A stretch of 64,000 nt of DNA, from the NCBI GenBank assembly GCA_949292335.1, contig CASEYY010000040.1, positions 4,885 through 68,884 of the forward strand. The letters run 5' to 3'. The position numbers were made by a program, and so were the translations under genes. A model generated the notes under the pieces. That model saw only the letters and a list, made by a program, of their open reading frames with translations, did no database searches and was not told the origin of the DNA. Of the stretch, positions 52,515 through 63,324 are shown in pieces (position 1 is the stretch's first letter; each line of letters begins with the position of its first letter). Origin of the DNA: an uncultured Pseudomonadota bacterium (GTDB lineage Bacteria; Pseudomonadota; Alphaproteobacteria; RF32; CAG-239).

Positions 52515-52548
52515 ATAAAAAAGGAGCTTAGATAAAACCGAGCTCCTT
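52515..52548 (-). terminator. ackA terminator
   Basis: Minus strand has aaggagct...agctcctt followed by a T6 run. Confidence 0.7.
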
Positions 52549-52554
52549 AATTTA

Positions 52555-53736
52555 TTATTTTGTCAAAGCAACGGTATCTTTGGCAATCATCATCTCTTCA
52601 TTGGTCGGAATAACAAAAGCTCTGACCTTTGACCCTTTGGCCGATATTTCTTCAATATCACCGCGGCGATTGTTAGCTTCTTCGTTAATCTCAATTCCTA
52701 GATAAGCCAATCTCTGCAAAACGAGCTTGCGAATAATCGGAGAATTTTCACCGATTCCTGCGGTAAAGACAATAGCATCTACACCACCCAAAGCGGCAAT
52801 ATAAGCACCGATAAATTTGACTATATTGTAAACATAGGTCTGCATACCGACAACGGCATTTTTTTCGCCTTTAAGATAAGCGTCTTCAACATCACGCATA
52901 TCGGAAAAACCGGTCAAACCAAGCATACCGCTTTGCTTGTTGAGCAGTTTATTAACTTCCTCCACCGACATATTTTGCTCTTTCATAATATGCAACGGAA
53001 TATAAGGATCAATATCACCCGATCTGGTACCCATTATAATACCGGCCAACGGAGTAAATCCCATTGAAGTATCCATGCATTTACCGTCTTTGATTGCGGT
53101 TATTGAAGCACCGTTACCCAAGTGGCAAGAAATTATCTTTGCATTTTCTCCGATAATTTTAGCGGTTTCTTGAGCAATATAGCGGTGCGAAGTTCCGTGC
53201 ATACCATAACGACGAATCTGATGTTTGGTATATTGTTCCAAAGGCAAACCGTAGAGGAAAGCTTCCTTAGGCATTGTCTGATGGAAAGCAGTATCAAACA
53301 CAGCGGTTTGAGCAACTGTCGGCAACAACTCTTGCACTGCTCGGATACCCAAAACGGCAGCCGGATTGTGCAAGGGAGCCAAGGCAGACAAATCTTCGAT
53401 AGCATTGATTGAGGTTTCGTTCAATAAAACCGATTCTCTAAAGATTTCACCGCCATGAACGATACGATGTCCAACGGCAGAAATTTCGTTCAAATCACTG
53501 ATTGCACCGTCGAGCAACAAGTCAAACACTTCTTTCAAAGCTTCTTTGTGGGTCGGCAATGGAGCGACTACTTCTTTTTTGGTACCGTCGGCAAATTTAA
53601 TATTAACCTTTGAGCCGTCAATACCGATGCGTTCGGCCAAACCTTTGGCGATTACGGTATAATTCTCGCCATCCACATCAAAGAGCTGATATTTCAAAGA
53701 TGAGGAGCCTGAATTCAAAACCAAAATTTTTTGCAT
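52555..53736 (-). CDS. ackA: Acetate kinase
   Basis: MQKILVLNSGSSSLKYQLF signature. ATG 53736 is preferred over the track's TTG at 53742. Confidence 0.95.
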   Translation of the reverse strand: MQKILVLNSGSSSLKYQLFDVDGENYTVIAKGLAERIGIDGSKVNIKFADGTKKEVVAPLPTHKEALKEVFDLLLDGAISDLNEISAVGHRIVHGGEIFRESVLLNETSINAIEDLSALAPLHNPAAVLGIRAVQELLPTVAQTAVFDTAFHQTMPKEAFLYGLPLEQYTKHQIRRYGMHGTSHRYIAQETAKIIGENAKIISCHLGNGASITAIKDGKCMDTSMGFTPLAGIIMGTRSGDIDPYIPLHIMKEQNMSVEEVNKLLNKQSGMLGLTGFSDMRDVEDAYLKGEKNAVVGMQTYVYNIVKFIGAYIAALGGVDAIVFTAGIGENSPIIRKLVLQRLAYLGIEINEEANNRRGDIEEISAKGSKVRAFVIPTNEEMMIAKDTVALTK

Positions 53737-53772
53737 AATCAAATCCTTAAAAACATAAGTTGAATCAAAACA

Positions 53773-54768
53773 TTACATAGCCTGTACAGCTGTTAAAGCA
53801 ACGGTACAAACAATATCGCTTGCCGAGCAACCGCGAGAAAGATCATTAATCGGCGCACGCAAGCCTTGCAAGATAGGACCATAAGCTTCATATTCACCCA
53901 ATCTTTGCACCAATTTATAGGCAATATTACCGGCATTAAGGTCAGGGAAAATCAAAACTTTTGCATGGCCGGCAACTTCACTTCCCGGAGCCTTAAGAAC
54001 AGCAACTTTATCCACCAAAGCGGCATCGGCCTGCAACTCACCGTCGAGGTTAATTCCGAGATGTTTAAATTCATCGGAAGCGGCCATTTCTTTGGCAATT
54101 TTAACGGCACTTTGCACTTTTTCGATTGCTTCGCCCTTACCCGAACCGTAAGAAGAATAAGAAAGCATGGCGATATCGGGAGTAATTCCGAATTGTACTG
54201 CGGTTTGGGCGGCCTGTATGGCAATATTGGCCAACTCCTGATCGGTAGGATTCGGGGTAATTGCACAATCGGCAAAAATGAAAGTTTTTTCTCCTTTATT
54301 CATAAAGAAGAAAGAAGATACGTTCATGTCCTTACGAGAAGATTTAACAATCTGCAAAGCCGGTCTAACAGTATCGGCGGTAGAATGAGCGGCACCGGAG
54401 ACCATTCCGTCGGCATCGCCGGACTTAATCATCAAAGTTGCAAAGTAATTAGCATTTCTGGCCATTTTTTGAGCATCTTCCATAGAGACACCCTTTTCTT
54501 TACGCAACTCATAAAATAGCTCGGCATATTGGTTGAGCTTCGGCGAAGTTTCGGGATTGATAATTTGAATACCGTCAATACTCCAACCCTTGGCGGCAAA
54601 TTTTGCTTTTATTTCCTCTTCTTTACCGAGCAAAATGATTTTGGCAATTTTTTCTTCGGTAATGGTTTTAGCCGCTTCCAAAACTCTTTCATCATCACCT
54701 TCGGGCAACACGATTGTTTTCGGTTGCGACTTAGCTTTAGCAATAACATCATCTATAAAGTTTGCCAT
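53773..54768 (-). CDS. pta: Phosphate acetyltransferase
   Basis: PTA_PTB domain (IVLPEGDDERVL, SGAAHSTADTVRPALQ). Start trimmed to MANFIDD. Confidence 0.9.
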   Translation of the reverse strand: MANFIDDVIAKAKSQPKTIVLPEGDDERVLEAAKTITEEKIAKIILLGKEEEIKAKFAAKGWSIDGIQIINPETSPKLNQYAELFYELRKEKGVSMEDAQKMARNANYFATLMIKSGDADGMVSGAAHSTADTVRPALQIVKSSRKDMNVSSFFFMNKGEKTFIFADCAITPNPTDQELANIAIQAAQTAVQFGITPDIAMLSYSSYGSGKGEAIEKVQSAVKIAKEMAASDEFKHLGINLDGELQADAALVDKVAVLKAPGSEVAGHAKVLIFPDLNAGNIAYKLVQRLGEYEAYGPILQGLRAPINDLSRGCSASDIVCTVALTAVQAM

Positions 54769-54910
54769 TTGCGTTTGACCTTTCTCTGATTTATAAGTTA
54801 ATTTTGCTATAATAAACAACTTTATTAGTTAAAAGTCAAAATATCTTTTGCTTATTTATACAAAGTATTATATCTTTCAAATAAATTTTGATTTTTTTAG
54901 GAGATAAGAT

Positions 54911-55330
54911 ATGGAAAAGACTTTATCTATCATCAAGCCTGACGCTACCACCCGTAACTTGAGCGGCCAAATCAACTCTATGATTGAAGATGCCGGACTA
55001 AAGATTGTAGCCCAAAAGATGATAAAACTAACTCCGGAGCAAGCCGACGGTTTTTATGCTGAGCATAGAGGCAAAGTATTTTTTGAGAACCTGGTAAAGT
55101 TTATGAGCTCGGCTCCGATTATTGTCCAGGTTTTAGCAGGAGAAGACGCTATTGCCCGTTACCGCAAAATTATGGGAGCCACCAATCCGGCTGTTGCGGA
55201 GGAAGGAACCATCCGCAAAACTTTTGCTCTTTCCATCGACAAGAACTCGGTTCACGGTTCCGATTCACCTGAGAGTGCTGCTCGTGAAATCAGCTACTTC
55301 TTTAGCAATATTGACATTTTTGAGGAGTAA
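54911..55330 (+). CDS. ndk: Nucleoside-diphosphate kinase
   Basis: TLSIIKPDA and NSVHGSDS active-site motifs. Confidence 0.95.
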   Translation: MEKTLSIIKPDATTRNLSGQINSMIEDAGLKIVAQKMIKLTPEQADGFYAEHRGKVFFENLVKFMSSAPIIVQVLAGEDAIARYRKIMGATNPAVAEEGTIRKTFALSIDKNSVHGSDSPESAAREISYFFSNIDIFEE

Positions 55331-55336
55331 AAATAA

Positions 55337-56392
55337 TTGTCTAAAATTGCCATATTATTTTTAGCTTTTGGCTTATTTTTCAGCCCTAACCTACACGCTG
55401 CAGATTCTAAATTCAGCGTTGAAATAAAAGTAGATGTTACTGACGAAAACGCCTCTCTTGCCCGCGAAAAAGCCATGAGTAACGCGGCCAGAGCCGCCGT
55501 TACCGCAGTTGCTCGTCGTATTTCCACCCAAGAAGGTGCTGCAAAAATTGCCGCCATGACCGACGCTCAGCTGATAAATTTTATCAAAGAAACCTCGGTT
55601 CTAAACGAAAAAAATTCTGATGTCCGATATGTTGCCGACTTAAGGGTTGTCATTAACGAAGAATTACTTAAACAATATATGACAGAGAGAGAAATTCCTA
55701 TGTTAAGCGGCAACAGCGGCTCAATATTGGTAATTCCTGTATTTGCCGAGTTTAAGGGCGACACCCCCAAACTTTGGGAGATTGACAACCCATGGAAATT
55801 GGCTTGGGACAATAGTGAAAACACCTCTGCCACAACTTTTGTTTCCATTCCCAATTCCGCTGGCAACAGTTCTGTTATCAATGCTCAAAAGGCAGCTGAT
55901 TTTGACACCATTGCTCTGCAAAATCTAAAAAGAATGTCCTCAAGTTCAGATGTTTATGTGCTTGCAGCTAACTACGATGGTGTCGAAGGTTTGGAAATAT
56001 CTCTAAAATCACTATCCGGCGATTACCGAACCATAAAAGTTGCCGGAGCCAAATCATCAGGTGCGGAATTGTTCAATAAGGCCATAAGCGAATGCAAAAA
56101 CCAAATTGAGCATTATATCCTAAATCAACAGCAAGCAAATCCGGTTGTTGAACAAGAAATAACCGTACTCTATCCCTTTCCGAATTTAGGTGCATGGATA
56201 TCAGCCGAACAGAAGATAAAAAGCATTCCCGAAGTAAGTGCGGTTAATGTCCAAGCCATGGCTCAAGGCAAAGCACAGTTCAAGGTAACTTTCAGCGGTG
56301 ATTTGGACACACTGACCAGACAATTTGCATACCACGGCTATCGCTTAGAAAACAGTGGCAACTACATGGTAATGAGTAATATCGGAGAATAA
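55337..56392 (+). CDS. Secreted protein of unknown function (DUF2066-like?)
   Basis: TTG start with the RBS gaggag, and a signal peptide ending LHAAD. Confidence 0.5.
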   Translation: MSKIAILFLAFGLFFSPNLHAADSKFSVEIKVDVTDENASLAREKAMSNAARAAVTAVARRISTQEGAAKIAAMTDAQLINFIKETSVLNEKNSDVRYVADLRVVINEELLKQYMTEREIPMLSGNSGSILVIPVFAEFKGDTPKLWEIDNPWKLAWDNSENTSATTFVSIPNSAGNSSVINAQKAADFDTIALQNLKRMSSSSDVYVLAANYDGVEGLEISLKSLSGDYRTIKVAGAKSSGAELFNKAISECKNQIEHYILNQQQANPVVEQEITVLYPFPNLGAWISAEQKIKSIPEVSAVNVQAMAQGKAQFKVTFSGDLDTLTRQFAYHGYRLENSGNYMVMSNIGE

Positions 56393-56395
56393 TAA

Positions 56396-57463
56396 ATGAC
56401 CTCAACAGCTAAATCAGAAAACAAAAACTGGGTAATCTGGCTCATAATTTTCGGACTGTTCGGACTTTCGATATATGTTTTGCGTTCGGTTTTACTACCT
56501 TTTGTAGCCGGTATCATAATCGGTTATCTGCTAGATCCTTTGGCCACTCGCTTTGAAAAGCTAAAAATCGGTCGTACCGCATCAACTTTTTTGGTTCTGT
56601 TTCTGGTAGCTATTATTTTAATTCCGGCGATAATTGCCCTTATCGGCATGATCGATGAGCAATTATCGCAATTTATCAATTCGGTACCGCTCTATATGCA
56701 ATCTTTAACTAAAAAGATTGAGCCGATTATTATTAACCTGCAAGACAACATCCCCGGTCTCAGCCGCGAAAAGATACGCGAATATTTGCAAGGCAACATG
56801 AGTAATGGTCTAAAACTTGTTGGCAATGTTTTCAAAAAATTAATCAGCAGCGGCTACGCTATCTTTAATATTTTGTCCTTATTACTCATCACTCCCGTAG
56901 TTGCTTTCTATATGCTGAGAGATTGGGACAGCTTTGTTAAAAAGGTGGATAGCCTTTTACCCAAGGCCTATAAGAAAGAAATTGAAACTCAAGCCAAAGC
57001 GATTGATAAAATCATCTCATCTTTTATTCGTGGACAACTTTCGGTTTGCGTAATCTTAGGAAGCTTTTATGCTATCGGACTTAGCTTGGTCGGCCTTGAC
57101 TTAGGGCTTTTGGTAGGCTTTATTGCCGGCATTATTTCGTTTATCCCTTATGTCGGTTCCATCGTCGGTTTTGTAACTGCGATAGCTATTGCCTTTGCCC
57201 AATTTGATACTTGGGTTCCGATAGCACAAGTGGTTGGAGTATTTGCCATAGGTCAATTTTTGGAAGGTAATTTTATTACCCCGAAACTGGTTGGTGATTC
57301 GGTAGGTCTTCATCCGGTATGGATAATGTTTGCCTTATTAGCCGGCGGTGTTTTGCTGGGATTTTTAGGCTTGATGATGGCGGTTCCTTTGGCTGCCATT
57401 ATCGGAGTGCTGGTTCGCTACGGTATCGGCAAATACAAAAAGAGTTCCCTTTACCGAGATTAA
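56396..57463 (+). CDS. AI-2E family (PerM/UPF0118) transporter
   Basis: 355 aa, about 8 TM segments, with C-terminal GD.VGLHPV..MFALLAGG.L.G..G family motifs. Confidence 0.8.
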   Translation: MTSTAKSENKNWVIWLIIFGLFGLSIYVLRSVLLPFVAGIIIGYLLDPLATRFEKLKIGRTASTFLVLFLVAIILIPAIIALIGMIDEQLSQFINSVPLYMQSLTKKIEPIIINLQDNIPGLSREKIREYLQGNMSNGLKLVGNVFKKLISSGYAIFNILSLLLITPVVAFYMLRDWDSFVKKVDSLLPKAYKKEIETQAKAIDKIISSFIRGQLSVCVILGSFYAIGLSLVGLDLGLLVGFIAGIISFIPYVGSIVGFVTAIAIAFAQFDTWVPIAQVVGVFAIGQFLEGNFITPKLVGDSVGLHPVWIMFALLAGGVLLGFLGLMMAVPLAAIIGVLVRYGIGKYKKSSLYRD

Positions 57464-57473
57464 TAACGGCAAC

Positions 57474-57504
57474 AAAAAACCTCCGCAAATCTGCGGAGGT
57501 TTTT
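57474..57504. terminator. Bidirectional intrinsic terminator
   Basis: An A6 run, cctccgca-aatc-tgcggagg, then a T5 run. Confidence 0.75.
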
Positions 57505-57523
57505 GTAACTTGAAAAATATCAA

Positions 57524-58009
57524 TTAGATATTTTCAAAAGCTTTAGCTTGTTTTTTAGCTTCATCATCAGTTCTTGCAACATTAACCAAGATGGTTTGAG
57601 TAACTTCAGGATGCAAGTTCAATTTAACCTGATATACACCCAAATCTTTGATAGCTTTTTCCAAGAATACTTGACGACGTTCAACGCTGTAACCGGCATC
57701 TTTGATGGCGGCAGCAATATCACGAATGGTAACCGAACCGTAGAGTTGACCGGTTTCTGCAGCTTGACGAATCAAAACAGCGGCAAAACCTTTCAAAGAT
57801 TCGGCCAATTTCGAAGCATTATCAAACAACTGTTTATTGTGTGCTTCCAACTCGGCTTTTTGTTGTTCATAAACAGCCAAGTTAGCTTCGGTAGCACGTA
57901 AAGCTTTTTTCTGAGGCAAGAGGTAATTACGGGCATAACCGTTTTTAACATTAACCTTTTCACCCATTTTGCCCAATTTTTCGATGTGTTCAAGCAAGAT
58001 AACTTCCAT
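57524..58009 (-). CDS. rplI: 50S ribosomal protein L9
   Basis: MEVILLEHIEKLGKMGEKVNVKNGYARNYLLPQKKA signature. Confidence 0.95.
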   Translation of the reverse strand: MEVILLEHIEKLGKMGEKVNVKNGYARNYLLPQKKALRATEANLAVYEQQKAELEAHNKQLFDNASKLAESLKGFAAVLIRQAAETGQLYGSVTIRDIAAAIKDAGYSVERRQVFLEKAIKDLGVYQVKLNLHPEVTQTILVNVARTDDEAKKQAKAFENI

Positions 58010-58026
58010 AATTTTTCTCCCTCAAA

Positions 58027-58254
58027 CTACATTGCGACATACGGCAACAAACCGAGATAACGAGCTCTTTTGATAGCACGAGCCAATTCTCTTTGTTTTT
58101 TAGCCGAAACCGAAGTGATACGACTGGGGATGATTTTACCTTTCTCCGAGATATAACGAGAAAGCAGTTTAACATCTTTGTAGTCGATTTTCAAAGCGTC
58201 TTCGCCGGAAAACGGGCAGCTTTTTTTTCTTCTAAAGAATACTTGTTTAGCCAT
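58027..58254 (-). CDS. rpsR: 30S ribosomal protein S18
   Basis: [50 protein letters not shown]. Confidence 0.95.
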   Translation of the reverse strand: MAKQVFFRRKKSCPFSGEDALKIDYKDVKLLSRYISEKGKIIPSRITSVSAKKQRELARAIKRARYLGLLPYVAM

Positions 58255-58265
58255 TTTACATTCTC

Positions 58266-58601
58266 CTATTCTTCAACAGCCGATTCAACACCGTCACTGC
58301 CGGCAGCTTCGGAAAATTCCTCGACCTTAACGGTCATGTAACGGATGATATCTTCGTTAACACGCATAACTCTCTCGTATTCGGCAACAGCCTTAGCCGG
58401 AGCGGCGATATTCAAGAGAACATAATAGCCTTTACGATTTTTTTTGATACGATAAGCGAGATTTTTCAAACCCCAGTTATCAACGCGAACAACTTCACCA
58501 CCCTGCTCGGCAACAACTTGTTTCAAGCTATCGACCAACGAGTTAACTTGCGAAGTGCCCAAATCTTGACGTGCAATCAACACGCTTTCATATTTATTCA
58601 T
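58266..58601 (-). CDS. rpsF: 30S ribosomal protein S6
   Basis: [11 protein letters not shown]...[25 protein letters not shown]. Confidence 0.95.
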   Translation of the reverse strand: MNKYESVLIARQDLGTSQVNSLVDSLKQVVAEQGGEVVRVDNWGLKNLAYRIKKNRKGYYVLLNIAAPAKAVAEYERVMRVNEDIIRYMTVKVEEFSEAAGSDGVESAVEE

Positions 58602-58825
58602 ATTTATTAAAACTCCTTATGGATTTCTCAACAAAACCCTTTTGGCTTAATACCGCAAGGGCGTCTTTGTATATCCTCGTTATATTTCAAACGAGGCAAG
58701 GACGAGCTTGGTTATACCATAAAATCTTTAATTTGCAAGCATTTTTATTATATATTTTTAAGCAAGAATTAACTCTTTGGTGATATGATATTGACAATAT
58801 TGATAATAAGGGGAGATTGTTTATT

Positions 58826-59128
58826 ATGACAATCAGCAAGACACTGAGTATATTTACCATCGCAATGTTTTTTGCCATGATAACGGCGGCTATAGCCCAT
58901 AGTGCCGAAACCTACCGCATCGGGCTGCAGAACATCTACACCAAAGACCGCATTTATTGTTACAACAGCAAACATTATTCTGCCGATGAATGTGCTTCGT
59001 ACTATGAGAGTAAGGGCTACACTCGCATAACCAACCTGCCGTACAAAACCGCAAAATATGATTTTTTAACGGTTGATACCTATCCGACTCGCCGGTGGCG
59101 GAGTAATGAATTAACCCCTCGGTGGTAA
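58826..59128 (+). CDS. Small secreted protein of unknown function
   Basis: Signal peptide ending AIAHSAE. ATG 58826 is preferred over TTG 58817 on RBS spacing. Confidence 0.45.
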   Translation: MTISKTLSIFTIAMFFAMITAAIAHSAETYRIGLQNIYTKDRIYCYNSKHYSADECASYYESKGYTRITNLPYKTAKYDFLTVDTYPTRRWRSNELTPRW

Positions 59129-59134
59129 TAAGCT

Positions 59135-60649
59135 ATGCCTACTCACATCAACACTTTAACTTTTAACGGTATAGAGGTTCAACCCGTAGATTTGCAGGCA
59201 CAAATATCTTCCGGACTACCAAATTTCATAATTGTCGGCTTGCCCGATAAAGCCATCGCCGAAAGCAGAGAACGCGTTCGTGCGGCCATGCAGTCTTTGG
59301 GCATACAACTACCGCCCAAACGCATTGTCATAAACTTAGCTCCGGCCGATTTACTCAAAGAAGGTTCGCACTTTGACTTACCGATTACTTTAGGAATATT
59401 GGCGGTTATGGGGATAGTATCACCCGATTCGCTAAAAGACAAAATAGTCATGGGCGAGCTCGGGCTTGACGGAAGCATATTATCGGTTAACGGGGTTTTG
59501 CCGGTTGCGGTTTACGCCAAAAAACAGCATCTTGGGCTGATATGTCCGTATTCGTGCGGCAGTGAAGCAGCCTGGTCAGAGCTCAAAGACATAATTGCTC
59601 CGCAAAATCTAAGCGATTTAATCTCTCACCTCAAAGGCACTAAATTGCTCGGATACCCCGAGCAAAGTTCGGACATAATCGAGCAATCGCCGCTTGATAT
59701 GAGCGATGTAAAAGGACAAGAAACCGCCAAAAGAGCTCTGGAAGTAGCCGCCGCCGGCGGACACAATATGCTGATGGTCGGACCTCCTGGTTCCGGAAAA
59801 TCAATGTTAGCCGCTCGTTTAGCAACCATTTTGCCGCCGATGACCACCGAAGAAGCTCTGTCAACCTCCATGATACACTCGGTTGCCGGAGAACTTAAAG
59901 ACAACGGTATAAGCTTTGTCCGTCCGTTTCGCTCCCCGCACCACAGTGCTTCCACACCGGCATTGGTCGGTGGCGGCCGCAAAGCCACCCCCGGAGAAAT
60001 ATCATTGGCTCACAACGGAGTTTTGTTTTTGGATGAGCTACCGGAATTCAATCGTGCCACTTTGGAAGCTCTGCGACAACCGTTGGAAAACGGCTGTGTT
60101 AATATTTCCCGGGTCAATGCTCATACCTCTTATCCGGCTGATTTTCAGCTTATTGCCGCCATGAATCCCTGTCGTTGCGGATATTTCGGTAACAAAGAAA
60201 AAGAATGCACCCGAGCACCATTATGTGCCAAAGAATATATGAACAAGATTTCCGGCCCGTTTCTTGACCGTATTGATATCAAAATCGAAGTTCCGGCCGT
60301 TAATCCTTGGGATTTAAGCAATGCCAAAGGCGGCGAAAGCTCTGCCGAAATAAGACAACGAGTTGTTGCCGCCCGCAAGATACAAACCGAGCGGCTCAAA
60401 GCCATCGGAGAAGATAGTTTTTTAATAAATTCGCGGCTTAAAGGTAAACTTTTAGAAAAGATTTGCACAATAGATAACGAAGCTCAAAACCTCTTAATTG
60501 CCTTTGCCGAAAGGAATTCGTTATCTGCTAGAGCCTATCATCGTACTTTGCGGTTAGCAAGAACGATTGCAGACTTGCAAAATGAATCAAAAATACTTAA
60601 ACTGCACATAGCTGAGGCTTTATCATACCGACAAAGCCAATATCTGTAA
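59135..60649 (+). CDS. comM: YifB/ComM family Mg-chelatase-like AAA+ ATPase
   Basis: Lon-like N-terminal domain, Walker A GPPGSGKS, GVLFLDELPEF, and a C-terminal ChlI-like helical domain. Confidence 0.9.
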   Translation: MPTHINTLTFNGIEVQPVDLQAQISSGLPNFIIVGLPDKAIAESRERVRAAMQSLGIQLPPKRIVINLAPADLLKEGSHFDLPITLGILAVMGIVSPDSLKDKIVMGELGLDGSILSVNGVLPVAVYAKKQHLGLICPYSCGSEAAWSELKDIIAPQNLSDLISHLKGTKLLGYPEQSSDIIEQSPLDMSDVKGQETAKRALEVAAAGGHNMLMVGPPGSGKSMLAARLATILPPMTTEEALSTSMIHSVAGELKDNGISFVRPFRSPHHSASTPALVGGGRKATPGEISLAHNGVLFLDELPEFNRATLEALRQPLENGCVNISRVNAHTSYPADFQLIAAMNPCRCGYFGNKEKECTRAPLCAKEYMNKISGPFLDRIDIKIEVPAVNPWDLSNAKGGESSAEIRQRVVAARKIQTERLKAIGEDSFLINSRLKGKLLEKICTIDNEAQNLLIAFAERNSLSARAYHRTLRLARTIADLQNESKILKLHIAEALSYRQSQYL

Positions 60650-60672
60650 GTATTAAAGGAGTTTATCTTAAA

Positions 60673-62670
60673 ATGCGTAAAAACTTTACTCTCTCTCTTC
60701 TTCTGTCAGTATTTGCCTTGAGTGCCTGCGACAAAGAAAGTCCTGAGCTCATCCCCTGCATGTGCGACCCCAATAATGATTCGACACTGGGGATTTTTGA
60801 TTGTATGTGTGAGCCGGCCAAAAAACGTCCGGTCAGACGCATTTCTTATTTGCAAGATAAACAAAAAGTAAGATACCAAAGCCTCATTATCGATGACAAT
60901 CATTACAACGCCTATGTTTCACTGCATCAAAGCCGCAATTCTTTTGCTCCGATTGAATTGACCGATGTGGACTTCCGCCTGACCAAGAACAGCAAATATG
61001 ATGAGTTTAATACCAAACTCGGCGATTATCGTTTTCGCATTTTCGGTTGCCGCCGCGAGACTAAGAATGCCTTCCTAAACCAAGGCCGTTCGATGCAAAA
61101 AGATATGCATTTCTTTGATGTCTTTTACGAAACCATGAATGACTACTATCCGGTTGTGGTTGCTCCGACCAATGTCTACTATCCCGATTCGGATAAACTT
61201 CAGGCCGAATATGTTTTAACCGCCGAGATTATAGACTATTTCATGAATATCTGTGACGAATTTGACTGGAACCAAGTAAAAAGCAATCAAGTTCGCAATG
61301 GTACTTCGGAGATGACGGTTGTTTGGCGCGTAATGAATTTGGCCAAAGACGAAGTTTATTGCCGCGGTACCACTACCGGCTACGGCCAAGTTCAAGAAGG
61401 TGAACCCAATGGTGAAAATCTGTTGGTTGAAAGAGCCTTTGAAGATGCTTTGGTCAAATTGCCGGAAATAAGTTGTTTCAATGAAGCTTTATCATTAAGA
61501 GTTCGCCCCGAAGATATCAAAGCTCAACTGGCCAAAACCAATTACTGCGATACCTGCTTCGGTTCACAATACGCCGCCGAACTCAAAGGCATTGAGATGT
61601 TGCAGGAATGCCAAACGGCAGAAATCCAAACCCAAACCCCGACATGCGTCACCGAAAACTGCATGAGCTCGGTTGAAACTGCCGGCGGCGTTAAAGACAG
61701 CTCTTATGCAATAGCCGAAAATTGCCAAGAAGTAGAAGTAATTGAAGAAGGCGGTACTAAGATTAAAAATGTCGACAATGTAACCTTAAGTGATGACTAT
61801 TTTGTCGATATTCCGCTTGAGATTGACGAGGTTCAGGAAACTGCCATACTGGAAGAAGGCGGTTCGACAGGCACGGGAACCAGCTCAAATATTGAGGTCA
61901 CCGAAATCGATGAAGCGGCATTTGCCTCCATCAGCAATGATTTCTGTATTGCCAATACCCCACCGTATGAAAACTTGAACGCTCAAAATTTATACAAATT
62001 GAGAGCATCGGTTGTCTCGGTTAAGAACTCGGCCGGCAAATCCGGTGCCGGATTGCTCATTGCCGACAACATGGTATTAACCTCCGCCGACTTAATCCAA
62101 AAAGACAACAACCAATACGATTTGCAAACCATTAACGGTAAACAGTTTAAGGCTTCTGCCTTCCGTGTCAATCCGGCCAAGAATGTAGCTGTTTTGCTTT
62201 TGGATCAACCGACCCAATTCCAACCCCTGCCCTTATCGCTTGATTTGCCGGAGGTAAATAAAGACATTTTGTTGACCTTAGGTTTGCTTGATATGGCAGA
62301 AGAAGGCGGTGAAAACTACATCGATAACGAAGGCAGGGTCGTCGGTTATCGTTGGAGTGAAGACAGAGGTGCCGAAATTATCGTTGATACCTTTGTCCAA
62401 ACCGTTACCTTGGGCGGAGCCTTGATAGACCAAAGAGGAAATATTATCGGTATTGCCCATGAAAGCAAAAAATCCGATAACTCACCGGATTTATTCATTC
62501 CGATAGAAACAGCCCTCAAGAGTTTAGGACTGAATATTTGCGGACAAAATCCCATCAAAGCGGCTCAAAAGCCCAAAGCGGTAAGAATGTATACTCCGGT
62601 GGCAGATGCCATTGATAATTCACCGGCAGATAAATCGCCTAAACCGCTTGATAGCCTGCAACGCAAATAA
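60673..62670 (+). CDS. Large lipoprotein with a C-terminal trypsin-like (S1/DegP-type) domain lacking the catalytic triad
   Basis: Lipobox LSAC and a Cys-rich N-terminus. The C-terminal region aligns by eye to DegP-type protease cores, with H->D, D->N and S->L at the triad positions. Confidence 0.5.
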   Translation: MRKNFTLSLLLSVFALSACDKESPELIPCMCDPNNDSTLGIFDCMCEPAKKRPVRRISYLQDKQKVRYQSLIIDDNHYNAYVSLHQSRNSFAPIELTDVDFRLTKNSKYDEFNTKLGDYRFRIFGCRRETKNAFLNQGRSMQKDMHFFDVFYETMNDYYPVVVAPTNVYYPDSDKLQAEYVLTAEIIDYFMNICDEFDWNQVKSNQVRNGTSEMTVVWRVMNLAKDEVYCRGTTTGYGQVQEGEPNGENLLVERAFEDALVKLPEISCFNEALSLRVRPEDIKAQLAKTNYCDTCFGSQYAAELKGIEMLQECQTAEIQTQTPTCVTENCMSSVETAGGVKDSSYAIAENCQEVEVIEEGGTKIKNVDNVTLSDDYFVDIPLEIDEVQETAILEEGGSTGTGTSSNIEVTEIDEAAFASISNDFCIANTPPYENLNAQNLYKLRASVVSVKNSAGKSGAGLLIADNMVLTSADLIQKDNNQYDLQTINGKQFKASAFRVNPAKNVAVLLLDQPTQFQPLPLSLDLPEVNKDILLTLGLLDMAEEGGENYIDNEGRVVGYRWSEDRGAEIIVDTFVQTVTLGGALIDQRGNIIGIAHESKKSDNSPDLFIPIETALKSLGLNICGQNPIKAAQKPKAVRMYTPVADAIDNSPADKSPKPLDSLQRK

Positions 62671-62793
62671 GCCCACAAAAACCACCTGCTTTTTAACGAA
62701 AGCGGGTGTTTTTTTGCCTTTAGCCCTTGCATTAGCCGATTTTTATACCTAAATAAGCTATTATTAAAGTAACAATATGGAGAATGTTTTGTT

Positions 62794-63324
62794 ATGACCA
62801 CCATCTTATGTGTAAGAAAAGGCAACAATGTTGTAATGGCCGGTGACGGTCAGGCTACCTTGGGTGAAGCTATAATATTCAAGTCACACTCAGTCAAAGT
62901 GCGTCGTATCGGAAACGGCAATATAATTGCCGGTTTTGCCGGAGCTGCCGCTGATGGTATAACTTTGATTGAGAGGTTGGAAGCCAAGCTGGAAAAGCAC
63001 GCCAATCAATTAAAAAGAGCGGCAGTGGAATTAGCCAAAGATTGGCGTATGGATAAATATTTGCGTCAACTTCAAGCCTTTATGATTGTTGCCGACAAAG
63101 ACACTTCTTTAGTTATTTCCGGCACCGGCGAAGTTATGGAACCCGATGACGGCATTATCGGCATAGGCTCCGGCGGTAACTATGCCATGGCCGCCGCCAA
63201 AGCCCTTTATGATATTGACGGCTTAAGCCTTGAGGATATTGCCCGCAAAGCCATGAAAATTGCCGGCGATACCGATGTCTACACCAACCATAATGTTATT
63301 ATTGAAGGTATAAGCAATGAGTAA
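62794..63324 (+). CDS. hslV: ATP-dependent protease subunit HslV
   Basis: [24 protein letters not shown], with the N-terminal Thr active site. Confidence 0.95.
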   Translation: MTTILCVRKGNNVVMAGDGQATLGEAIIFKSHSVKVRRIGNGNIIAGFAGAAADGITLIERLEAKLEKHANQLKRAAVELAKDWRMDKYLRQLQAFMIVADKDTSLVISGTGEVMEPDDGIIGIGSGGNYAMAAAKALYDIDGLSLEDIARKAMKIAGDTDVYTNHNVIIEGISNE

